Counted from the stretch's first letter, positions 39,163-46,884 are shown. The stretch is 52,620 nucleotides of DNA from Bacteroidales bacterium UBA5235 (GCA_002409145.1 DHUL01000040.1:16590-69209), one strand, 5' to 3'. Program-made: numbers and translations. The notes: a model not told the origin generated them from the letters alone.

Positions 39163-39294
39163 GTCTGAAAGTCTGAAAGTCTGAAAGTCTTCCAGATTCG
39201 TGGTCCTGCGGCTTTGCTGTCTTGCTGTCTTGCGTTCTTTGTCCTGATTATCTTTGCCTTTCACTATTGCCTAATGGCTGATGGCTACTGCCTC
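39163..39294. repeat. Mosaic of short tandem repeats (GTCTGAAA x3.5, TGTCTTGC-like 8-mers, CTATTGC-like 7-mers)
   Basis: Direct reading of the rhodanese-arsC spacer. Confidence 0.75.
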
Positions 39295-39714
39295 CTATTT
39301 ATTCCTCGGCCTCAACTGGCAAACACATGATCCGCTCAGTTGTTCGGTCAGGTCGATTTTCAGTGGAAAACCATCCTGTTCCCACTCAACTATTCCCCCG
39401 GCCAGGTTGGCAATATTTGCAAATCCCCTGGCAAGAAGAAACTCCATTACCTCATGGCTCCTCAATCCAACTGAGTCGGCAATGATAAGGGGGATTTCGC
39501 GTGGAAGGCTGACATAATCCTGCTCGATCCTGCTCTTTGGCATATGGATCAGCCGTGGAACATCAAAATTCTTGTAACCTGTGAGCCTTTCCTCCCTGAC
39601 GTCAATAATGATCGCATCCCCTTCCGTTGCCTCACAATAAGCATCATGTGCTCCCAGGTTCACGAACCCGGCACTCATGAAGCCTTTATTGCGAAAAAGT
39701 TCACCAGTTTCCAC
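39295..39714 (-). CDS. Rhodanese-like domain protein lacking the catalytic Cys
   Basis: IIDVRE, ADSVGLRS loop, NLAGGIVEW..DG.P, C-terminal SCVC; GTG start. Confidence 0.85.
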   Translation of the reverse strand: METGELFRNKGFMSAGFVNLGAHDAYCEATEGDAIIIDVREERLTGYKNFDVPRLIHMPKSRIEQDYVSLPREIPLIIADSVGLRSHEVMEFLLARGFANIANLAGGIVEWEQDGFPLKIDLTEQLSGSCVCQLRPRNK

Positions 39715-39774
39715 CTTCCTCAGGATATAATCAGACCCTGCCTGCCAGCCTGGTCAGACTTATCAAAGGTAATC

Positions 39775-39794
39775 ATTTCGTAGATTTACGAAAT
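39775..39794. promoter_or_regulatory. Putative ArsR operator, copy 1
   Basis: ATTTCG-tagattta-CGAAAT upstream of rhodanese-arsC-arsM-acr3. Confidence 0.8.
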
Positions 39795-39837
39795 ACCTGT
39801 AATAAAAATATCTGCGGAGCCACACGAAAAGCATCAG

Positions 39838-40551
39838 TCAGGCTTTCTCAACTTCAAGCTTGTAACCAAGCGTCGGGATCGTGATTATCCGGACTGAGGG
39901 ATCCCGCTTAAGATAACCACGCAGCTTGGAAATGAACACATCGAGACTCCGTCCGGTATAATAATCAGCTTCGCCCCAGACGTCGATCATAATCTCGTCA
40001 CGTGTGACGATGCTGTTTACCGAAGTAGCAAGCACATTGAGTATTCTGGTCTCCTTTATGGTCATTCTCTGCGAATTGCCGCCATGAATCAGCATGAGGT
40101 TCTGCGGGTCAAAAGAAAACTGACCAATGCTGATGACATCAAATCCCTGTGGTGTGACCGGACCGGATTGGGTAGTCCTGTTGAGCACTGCCCGTATTCT
40201 GTATAACAGCTCCTCCTCTTCAAACGGTTTGGTAATGTAGTCGTCCACTCCCAGTCGAAATCCTGCGATCTTGTCTTCCTTAAGAGACCGTGCAGAGAGT
40301 ATTATCACGGGGATCCTGCTGTCAAGTTCCTTAATCCCGGTGGTCAGTCTGAATCCATCCATGCCGGGCAGCATAATATCAATCAGGCAAAAGTCGGCTC
40401 CGGTTCTTTTGAAGCCCTGCAGTGCTGACTGTCCATCACGATACAGTTTCACTTCAAATCCGTTTGACTCCAGGAAGTCAACCAGCAGGAATCCGAGGTT
40501 TACATCATCCTCGGCCAGGAGTATTCTGGTATTCTTACCGTTGCTGCTCAT
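39838..40551 (-). CDS. OmpR/PhoB-family response regulator (RprY-like)
   Basis: ILLAEDD, DIMLPGMDG, GVDDYITKPF, winged helix with RSLDVFISKLR. Confidence 0.95.
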   Translation of the reverse strand: MSSNGKNTRILLAEDDVNLGFLLVDFLESNGFEVKLYRDGQSALQGFKRTGADFCLIDIMLPGMDGFRLTTGIKELDSRIPVIILSARSLKEDKIAGFRLGVDDYITKPFEEEELLYRIRAVLNRTTQSGPVTPQGFDVISIGQFSFDPQNLMLIHGGNSQRMTIKETRILNVLATSVNSIVTRDEIMIDVWGEADYYTGRSLDVFISKLRGYLKRDPSVRIITIPTLGYKLEVEKA

Positions 40552-41806
40552 TTTCCGGTGCCAGGGGAAGGTCGATCGTCACCGCAAGACCACCCTCCTT
40601 CCTGTTTGAGATTTTAATATTGCCTCTCATTCCCGCAATAATTCCCCTTACCTGGTAAAGTCCAAGCCCGAAGCCGTCCACATTATGAGTATTGCCTGCC
40701 GGGACACGGAAATATTTCTCAAAAACTTTATCCCTGAATTCCCTTGCTATTCCCGGACCATTATCATCAATCTCAATCACAAGCCGGTTATCCTTGGAAC
40801 TCAGTTTTACCAGAATCTCGGTTGGCTGTCCTGAATATTTGACAGCGTTTTCAACAAGGTTCCCGAGGGCAATGTAAAACAGGTCCGTGTTGCCGGTAAC
40901 CGTGAACCGGAGGCCGGTCTTTTCGATGGCTAATTTCCCGCCTTTTTGTTCAATCTGTACCCTGAATGTTTCAGCAATGTCTTCCACGGCTGCAGCGGCA
41001 TCTATCACCTCCCGGGTCTGGGATTTGTCAATTACGGCAAAATCGGTTTTCAGCAACTTCTCCACTTTCTCATTCAGCTTGGTCTGCTCGGTTCTGATGA
41101 CAGATGAGTAAAACGACAGTTTTTCATCGCTTTCCACCTTTTCGTTCTTCGAGAGCATACTGTTGGCCAGTGATATGTTGGTCAGCGGAGTTTTGAACTC
41201 ATGGGTAACATTATTCACGAAATCGACGATGCTCTCCGAAAGTAGCTTTTCCCTCCTGTAGAAATTATAAATAATTATGAATGAGATTGTAACAAGAAAC
41301 AGGAGAATCAGCGAGAAGATAAAGATATCACCCATCTGAGCTATGACGAAGTCCCGTTTCTCGGGAAACCGGAGGCTGAGTTTGTATCCTGATTTTTCAA
41401 GCATCTCTTCCAGACCGTTACTGAAATAGGTGTTTTTGGGCCGGGGGATGTTTGCGGATAGGTCTGCACCCACAATATCAAATTCAAAGTCCAGACCTAT
41501 TCCATAGAAATTAAGATCCTGCCTGATCAGTGATTTCATATTCTCCCACTGTTCCCTGGTTTGCATTACCAGCTTGCACGACTCATTGCTGCCATGCCTC
41601 AGGCAATTGTTCACCTCGCTGCATATGGCTTCATTTCGCGACAGGTTCTCAACGATTCTCTGCATCGCCATCTCAACGCTGTGGTTGAACTGTGCTTCCT
41701 GCATGCGGGCTGCCTTCAGTATCCATGAGAACTGTATTGCGGTAAGAGCAATCAGAGCCCCAAAGGCAAGCAGGAGAATAATCAGTTGTATCCCGGATCT
41801 TTTCAT
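40535..41806 (-). CDS. Membrane sensor histidine kinase (RprX-like)
   Basis: Two TM helices, NNVTHEFKTP H box, NLVENAVKY, DNGPGI, GFGLGL. Confidence 0.95.
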   Translation of the reverse strand: MKRSGIQLIILLLAFGALIALTAIQFSWILKAARMQEAQFNHSVEMAMQRIVENLSRNEAICSEVNNCLRHGSNESCKLVMQTREQWENMKSLIRQDLNFYGIGLDFEFDIVGADLSANIPRPKNTYFSNGLEEMLEKSGYKLSLRFPEKRDFVIAQMGDIFIFSLILLFLVTISFIIIYNFYRREKLLSESIVDFVNNVTHEFKTPLTNISLANSMLSKNEKVESDEKLSFYSSVIRTEQTKLNEKVEKLLKTDFAVIDKSQTREVIDAAAAVEDIAETFRVQIEQKGGKLAIEKTGLRFTVTGNTDLFYIALGNLVENAVKYSGQPTEILVKLSSKDNRLVIEIDDNGPGIAREFRDKVFEKYFRVPAGNTHNVDGFGLGLYQVRGIIAGMRGNIKISNRKEGGLAVTIDLPLAPENEQQR

Positions 41807-41845
41807 CAGATCAAAAATAAGGAGTTTTTATGATGAGGCTTTAGA

Positions 41846-41884
41846 TTTAACATCAGGATAACACGATTTAACAACAACATAACC
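41846..41884 (+). promoter_or_regulatory. Phased TAAC direct repeats, candidate response-regulator binding site
   Basis: TAAC at 41848, 41859, 41869, 41880 (11/10/11 spacing), upstream of the TAATTTTG -7 box at 41905-41912. Confidence 0.65.
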
Positions 41885-41936
41885 TGATTAAAAATCTGTC
41901 TGTCTAATTTTGACGCAAACAAAAACTATTAAAGTC

Positions 41937-42272
41937 ATGAAGAAAGTCATCATTGGAATCTCAGCTCTTGTAATTCTTTCGTTTGTCGTGATATCTGCAG
42001 TCAGTGCACAGAATGATCAGAAGAAGGAAAAGAAAGCCAGGACGGAAGCCGTAAAGGACTGTTCAAAATGTCCGTCTGCCGCAACCTGTGAAATGGCCGC
42101 TGGTGAAGGTCCGGTACCCGGGTCCGGGGCGAAACATGCTTCAGTAAACTGTGATCCTGCAAAATGCAAGGAGGGCAAATGTGATGCTGCCTGCAAGGCC
42201 GCCTGCCCAAAAACAGGACCCGACGCTAAATACGATCCGGCAAAATGCCCTGCTGCTGCAGAGAAAAAGTAG
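41937..42272 (+). CDS. Small secreted Cys/Lys/Ala-rich protein
   Basis: ATG at 41937, signal peptide ending VSA-Q, nine Cys in the mature region, repeated DPAKC. Confidence 0.8.
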   Translation: MKKVIIGISALVILSFVVISAVSAQNDQKKEKKARTEAVKDCSKCPSAATCEMAAGEGPVPGSGAKHASVNCDPAKCKEGKCDAACKAACPKTGPDAKYDPAKCPAAAEKK

Positions 42273-42384
42273 GTCCGGCTTTTTAGTCTGACACCTTACC
42301 CTTGGTTTCACCTGATTGCTGCCTTATGCTGACACATCAGGTAATCAACTGCCCGCTGCATCCAGGTCAGCAATAGCTGCTATC

Positions 42385-43728
42385 TTAAAAAATTGCACCA
42401 TAAATCAGTCCTGAGATCGTAGCCATCAAAACTACAAGGACAGCATACACTGCAGTTTTCCGGAACCCGATAATATCTTTGATTACAAGCATGCTGGGCA
42501 AGGAAAGCGACGGCCCGGCGAGCAGAAGTGCCAGGGCCGGACCCTTCCCCATTCCTGAAGCCATAAGTCCCTGAAGGATGGGAACCTCAGTCAGGGTGGC
42601 AAAGTACATGAACACACCTACAATTGATGCAAAGAAATTTGAGAAGACCGAGTTGCCACCCACCAGCTTCGAGATCCATTCATTGGGTATGACACCGGCT
42701 ATACTCTGACCGTCATGAGTCGATCCCAGGAGAAATCCTGCTATCACAATCCCGATTCCAAGAAGCGGGATGATCTGTTTGGCGAATCCCCATGTTGAGA
42801 GTGTCCATTCGCGGTTCTCAACGTCCTGCCTGTCAAACAGTGTTATCACACTGAGAGCAGCAATTCCGACTACCACAGGCACAAGGGGTCTCAGTTTCGC
42901 ACTATCAATGAAAGAGTTTGCCAGCAGTACAGACACTCCTGTGGCGACTACCGCTGCCAATACCCACTGCCACTTAATCTTGAGAATCTTTATAAGTGAC
43001 CAGGCAAGCACCAGGCTGAGAAATCCTGTTATGTACCATTTGTAGGTGAAGATATAGTACCAGGTGCCTGATGTATCCCCGGCAGCAGGCCTTCCCCAGT
43101 TTGCAAATACGAGTATCAGAACAAGTATAAAGAAATGTGTCATGGTCTGCCACATCGGTCTCTTTTCCGGGACCGGGATGATTTGCATCTGTTCTTCCCT
43201 CCTGACCTTTTCTTCCTTCCTGTATATCAGTGACATCATTAAACCAATAATAATACTGAATGATACTGCGCCGATTACCCGGGCAACACCCATCTCAAAT
43301 CCGAGGATCCGGGCAGTGAGAATGATTGCCAGGATGTTAATGGCCGGTCCGGAGTAAAGGAATGCAATCGCCGGGCCAAGGCCTGCACCGCGCTTGTGAA
43401 TGCTTGAGAACAGCGGAAGGATTGTGCAGGAGCATACTGCCAGTATGGTCCCTGAAACTGCAGCCACGGAATAGGCAAGCCATTTTTTTGCATTTGCACC
43501 GAAATACTTTATCACCGAACCCTGACTGACAAAGACCGAAATAACCCCGGCAATGAAGAATGCAGGAAGAAGACATAAAATCACATGCTCCCTTGCGTAC
43601 CATTTAACCAGGTCAAAAGTTGCAGTAACAGCTGTATTGAAACGGGCACTTTCAATTGGCATGAAAAACGCAAATACAAAAACCACAATGATCCATAACA
43701 GGATCTTTATCTCCTTTCTTAACTCCAT
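42385..43728 (-). CDS. ArsP/DUF318-family permease
   Basis: HVILCLLPAFFIAG, LAVCSCTILPLF, FLYSGPAIN, FMYFATLTEVPI, GPALALLLAGP. Confidence 0.9.
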   Translation of the reverse strand: MELRKEIKILLWIIVVFVFAFFMPIESARFNTAVTATFDLVKWYAREHVILCLLPAFFIAGVISVFVSQGSVIKYFGANAKKWLAYSVAAVSGTILAVCSCTILPLFSSIHKRGAGLGPAIAFLYSGPAINILAIILTARILGFEMGVARVIGAVSFSIIIGLMMSLIYRKEEKVRREEQMQIIPVPEKRPMWQTMTHFFILVLILVFANWGRPAAGDTSGTWYYIFTYKWYITGFLSLVLAWSLIKILKIKWQWVLAAVVATGVSVLLANSFIDSAKLRPLVPVVVGIAALSVITLFDRQDVENREWTLSTWGFAKQIIPLLGIGIVIAGFLLGSTHDGQSIAGVIPNEWISKLVGGNSVFSNFFASIVGVFMYFATLTEVPILQGLMASGMGKGPALALLLAGPSLSLPSMLVIKDIIGFRKTAVYAVLVVLMATISGLIYGAIF

Positions 43729-43746
43729 ATCAGATATTTTCTATTC

Positions 43747-43766
43747 ATTTCGCAGAATGACGAAAT
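43747..43766. promoter_or_regulatory. Putative ArsR operator, copy 2
   Basis: ATTTCG-cagaatga-CGAAAT upstream of the permease. Confidence 0.8.
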
Positions 43767-43782
43767 ACATAATTAAAAAAAA

Positions 43783-44487
43783 TCAAAACCATACTGAAAA
43801 AATATACCATACACCTACACCGATGAAGAGAATGGCAACTACCCTCCTGAACCACAGCTCAAAGCTTTTGAGGGCACTGTACACTTTACCCACATTGCCA
43901 ACGGCATAGGCCAGCAGCCACGCGAAGATGATCACCGGAATACCTGTCGCGACTGCAAAAACCAGAGGCAGATACAGGCCCTCGGCACTCGCCACACTCA
44001 AAGGAATAAGCATGACGAAATACAGAACTCCGCTGTAGGGGCAGAAGGCCATGGCAAAGAGAATCCCCAGCAGCAGAGTGTTCAGGTAGCTTTTCCTGCC
44101 CTTCACTCCTATCTTTTCGGTGAAAGAGCCCATTGAACCGGGCAGCTTCAGCCTGACGAAATCCAGCATAAGCAGGCCAATAATTATAAGCGCCGGCCCG
44201 AGGATCTTTTCTCCCCATCTCTGGAACCAGCCTGATATGTCCATCTGGCTGGCGCCGAAGAAGATGACAAATGCAATGCCGACATAGGTTATTGCACGCC
44301 CCAAAGTGTACACCAGTCCGTTCAGGAAGACTCTCCTCCTGTTGTCAAGATCACGACTGATGTAGCCAATGGCTGAAATGTTTGTAGCAAGCGGACAGGG
44401 GCTGATAGCTGTCATCAGCCCCAGTATTGCCGCTGTCAGGAATGCATACTGTGAGTTCTCAAGTATCTTTTGCAGAAGTTCCATCAA
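43783..44487 (-). CDS. ArsG-like / CcdA-DsbD-type membrane protein
   Basis: LGLMTAISPCPLATN, YTLGR, FAMAFCPYSG; several TM helices with two Pro-adjacent Cys. Confidence 0.88.
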   Translation of the reverse strand: MMELLQKILENSQYAFLTAAILGLMTAISPCPLATNISAIGYISRDLDNRRRVFLNGLVYTLGRAITYVGIAFVIFFGASQMDISGWFQRWGEKILGPALIIIGLLMLDFVRLKLPGSMGSFTEKIGVKGRKSYLNTLLLGILFAMAFCPYSGVLYFVMLIPLSVASAEGLYLPLVFAVATGIPVIIFAWLLAYAVGNVGKVYSALKSFELWFRRVVAILFIGVGVWYIFSVWF

Positions 44488-44936
44488 TTGGCTTTCAATG
44501 CCTTGAGCAATGGATCAACAGCCTTCTTAATAGCTTCCCTGAGCTTCTCCGGGCTGTTCCGTGCATTCATGAAACCTTCACTGGTAAGGTCAATTCTTGT
44601 ATCACCGCTGACAACCAGCAGACACTGGCCTGTGGCATTGAGTCGTTTGGCATCGGCATCTGAGGACTTTTCTTCAATGTTAAGTGCCCTGAAGACAACG
44701 GTTCCTTTTCCGACTTCAGCCGGATAGAGCTCATTCACGGCATCTCTGGCGACATTCTCAACGGCCTGACAGGTTATGCAGCGACGGGTCAGGTGAAAGT
44801 AAATTACTTCCACCTTATCCGTTGAAAATCCATCAGTTTCTTCTGCCTCATGAGGTTCTCCTCCCCTGAATGCAAAAAGCGCGATAGCTGCCGCAGCTAC
44901 AAGTACGACGGCCACGACCGGTATCAACTTCTTCAT
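44484..44936 (-). CDS. ArsF-like exported thioredoxin-fold protein
   Basis: N-terminal signal/anchor, VEVIYFH.TRRCITC..VE. Confidence 0.85.
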   Translation of the reverse strand: MKKLIPVVAVVLVAAAAIALFAFRGGEPHEAEETDGFSTDKVEVIYFHLTRRCITCQAVENVARDAVNELYPAEVGKGTVVFRALNIEEKSSDADAKRLNATGQCLLVVSGDTRIDLTSEGFMNARNSPEKLREAIKKAVDPLLKALKAN

Positions 44937-44949
44937 ATCTGCACGGTTT

Positions 44950-45183
44950 TTATGCGGTTATTAATCTCTTTATTTCCTCTGCCGATGGCACCCTGCCCTT
45001 CACCACGACCTTATCGTCAATGACCAGCGCCGGCGTCGTCATTACACCGTAGCCCATTATAGCTACTATGTCGTCTACCTTGGAAACTGTGGCATCAATA
45101 CCATTCTGCTCTACCACTTCGCGAGTCAGTTTTTCCAGGGTTTTGCATTTCGGGCACCCGGGACCCAGAATTTTAATTTCCAT
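44950..45183 (-). CDS. Small redox-active disulfide protein (MTH895/thioredoxin-like)
   Basis: IKILGPGCPKC, YGVMTTPALVID, GRVP. Confidence 0.92.
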   Translation of the reverse strand: MEIKILGPGCPKCKTLEKLTREVVEQNGIDATVSKVDDIVAIMGYGVMTTPALVIDDKVVVKGRVPSAEEIKRLITA

Positions 45184-45201
45184 CTCAGTTCTGCTCCTTT
45201 C

Positions 45202-45221
45202 ATTTCGTAAAACGTCGAAAT
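45202..45221. promoter_or_regulatory. Putative ArsR operator, copy 3
   Basis: ATTTCG-taaaacgt-CGAAAT between arsR and the thioredoxin gene. Confidence 0.8.
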
Positions 45222-45236
45222 ACAGTATTAAATTTT

Positions 45237-45557
45237 TTATCTTTTGAAAAAGTTCCCTGTCAGCAATTTTGCTTCATCCCAATTCTCACGGTTGATACAG
45301 TATTTAATGTAAGGAGGATTAATTTCTCCCTGTATCAGACCTGCCTTCTTCAATTCCTTCAGGTGCTCTGAAAGTGTTGACCTGGCAATAGGCAGCTCTT
45401 CAACCATATCCCCGCTGTAACAGCATCTATCAAGATTGTTTGCCAGGAAATCCATAACGAAAACCCTCGCAGGATGCGACAGCGCCTTCGCGTACCTTGC
45501 CATCTTCTCCTGGTCATCAGTATAGTATTTTTTCCTTTTTGCCTTGCCTGCTTCCAT
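45237..45557 (-). CDS. arsR: ArsR/SmtB-family repressor
   Basis: AKALSHPAR, RCCYSG, STLSEHLKELK.AGLI, KYCI; heads the ars cluster. Confidence 0.92.
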   Translation of the reverse strand: MEAGKAKRKKYYTDDQEKMARYAKALSHPARVFVMDFLANNLDRCCYSGDMVEELPIARSTLSEHLKELKKAGLIQGEINPPYIKYCINRENWDEAKLLTGNFFKR

Positions 45558-45560
45558 TTC

Positions 45561-45587
45561 ATTTCGGGAAATGACGAAACAAAAATA
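45561..45587 (-). promoter_or_regulatory. arsR promoter (-7 TATTTTTG) with putative ArsR operator, copy 4
   Basis: ATTTCG-ggaaatga-CGAAAC at 45561-45580 abuts CAAAAATA at 45580-45587 (TATTTTTG on the minus strand). Confidence 0.8.
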
Positions 45588-45706
45588 ATTGTTTTGTCAA
45601 TACAAGGACCCGGGTATCACAAATATTTTGATCACAGTTTACTGATCCCCTTCTGAAAGGATTGCAGGTGAATAAACATTACATTTGTGTATAAATAATT
45701 CATACT

Positions 45707-46816
45707 ATGAAAAAGTTCTTTCTGCTGATCACGGTTGCATTCCTGTCAGTCTCCCTTTTTTCCCAGGACTTCTTCAGGAGCGACTTCAGCAAGGATAAAA
45801 AGTATGTCATACTTGTCAATCCCACTGCAGGTAATATTGGTGTGGTGGCATTCCTGACGGATAATGGCATTCTGAAGACCGACCCCGGGCTGGTTGACTT
45901 TGTTGGAGTATATCACTCAAGCCAGGAGTACGACTTCAGTAAATCGGTTGAGTATATTAACGACAACGGACTTACCCGGTTCCACCTCCACAAAGTGAAT
46001 GCGCCTCTCACAGAAGAGATGATCTACAAACCAAATCCATGCAGTGAAGACTTCAGGAAGATCTTCAGCAACTCAGTGGGAATCATCTTCTTCGGCGGAC
46101 AGGACATCCCCCCTTCTGTCTACGGACAGGAGAACTGGTATTCGGAGACCACCGATCCCGGAAGACACTATTTCGAGGTGAGCTTCCTCTTTCACCTTTT
46201 GGGCAGTACGCGTAACTCGACCTACAGACCCCTCCTGGAAGAAAATCCGGACTATATGGTCACCGGCTTCTGCCTCGGCCTGCAGTCGATGAACGTTGCA
46301 GCCGGAGGCACTCTCTGGCAGGATATCCCCGCACAGGTCTACGAAAGCACAAAGCCTGAGACGAATGTGCTCATAGACCGTAAAAACCTGCACCGCAACT
46401 ACTGGCAGAACATCCGGGATGACAAGGACTTCATGGGTATAAGCATGCATCCTGTCAGGTTTACTGACCATATGTTCTTCGGGAAGACAGTAAAGGTTTC
46501 ACGTATGCTTCAGCCCATAGTCTACAGCAGCCATCACCAGGCAATCCGTGACCTGGCTCCCGTCTTTGACGTTACTGTCCGCTCTTCCGACGGAAAAATA
46601 ATTGAAGGTATAGCACACAAAAAGTATTTTAATGTCTTCTCAGTCCAGTTTCATCCTGAGGTCTCAGCTCTTTATGAAGACCGTGCCCTGGTTAAATTTG
46701 CTCCTGAAGACACACCTGCCACCCTGCACTCGATGCTTGACAAAAAGAGCCTGAAGTTCCATCTGAAATACTGGGGGCACATCTCGGAGGTCATTAATAA
46801 AGGCAGTAGGCAATAG
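45707..46816 (+). CDS. Peptidase C26 / gamma-glutamyl-hydrolase family protein with signal peptide
   Basis: FFGGQDIPP..YG, GFCLGLQSMNVAAGGTL.QD, SSHHQA, VQFHPE catalytic triad. Confidence 0.88.
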   Translation: MKKFFLLITVAFLSVSLFSQDFFRSDFSKDKKYVILVNPTAGNIGVVAFLTDNGILKTDPGLVDFVGVYHSSQEYDFSKSVEYINDNGLTRFHLHKVNAPLTEEMIYKPNPCSEDFRKIFSNSVGIIFFGGQDIPPSVYGQENWYSETTDPGRHYFEVSFLFHLLGSTRNSTYRPLLEENPDYMVTGFCLGLQSMNVAAGGTLWQDIPAQVYESTKPETNVLIDRKNLHRNYWQNIRDDKDFMGISMHPVRFTDHMFFGKTVKVSRMLQPIVYSSHHQAIRDLAPVFDVTVRSSDGKIIEGIAHKKYFNVFSVQFHPEVSALYEDRALVKFAPEDTPATLHSMLDKKSLKFHLKYWGHISEVINKGSRQ

Positions 46817-46882
46817 GCAAGAGGCAAGAGTGTTGACATATACCATGGAGCCGCTACACTACTGCCTATTGCCTCTTGCCTG
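46801..46882. repeat. Two inverted arrays of AGGCAAN-like heptamers at a convergent gene junction
   Basis: AGGCAGT AGGCAAT AGGCAAG AGGCAAG ... CTACTGCCTATTGCCTCTTGCCTG. Confidence 0.75.
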
Positions 46883-46884
46883 AC

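Noticed and set aside
36827-45557. Selenocysteine recoding in the redox and ars proteins
   Set aside because: Expected catalytic positions are Cys (Asp in the rhodanese) and the ORFs look full length, so no in-frame TGA needs explaining
39775-45580. Repeated palindromes or short tandem repeats as a CRISPR array
   Set aside because: Copies are separated by whole genes or have no spacers, and no cas genes are present
36827-45600. ars cluster as a mobile element or genomic island
   Set aside because: No integrase, transposase, tRNA or flanking direct repeats seen, and no obvious compositional shift by eye
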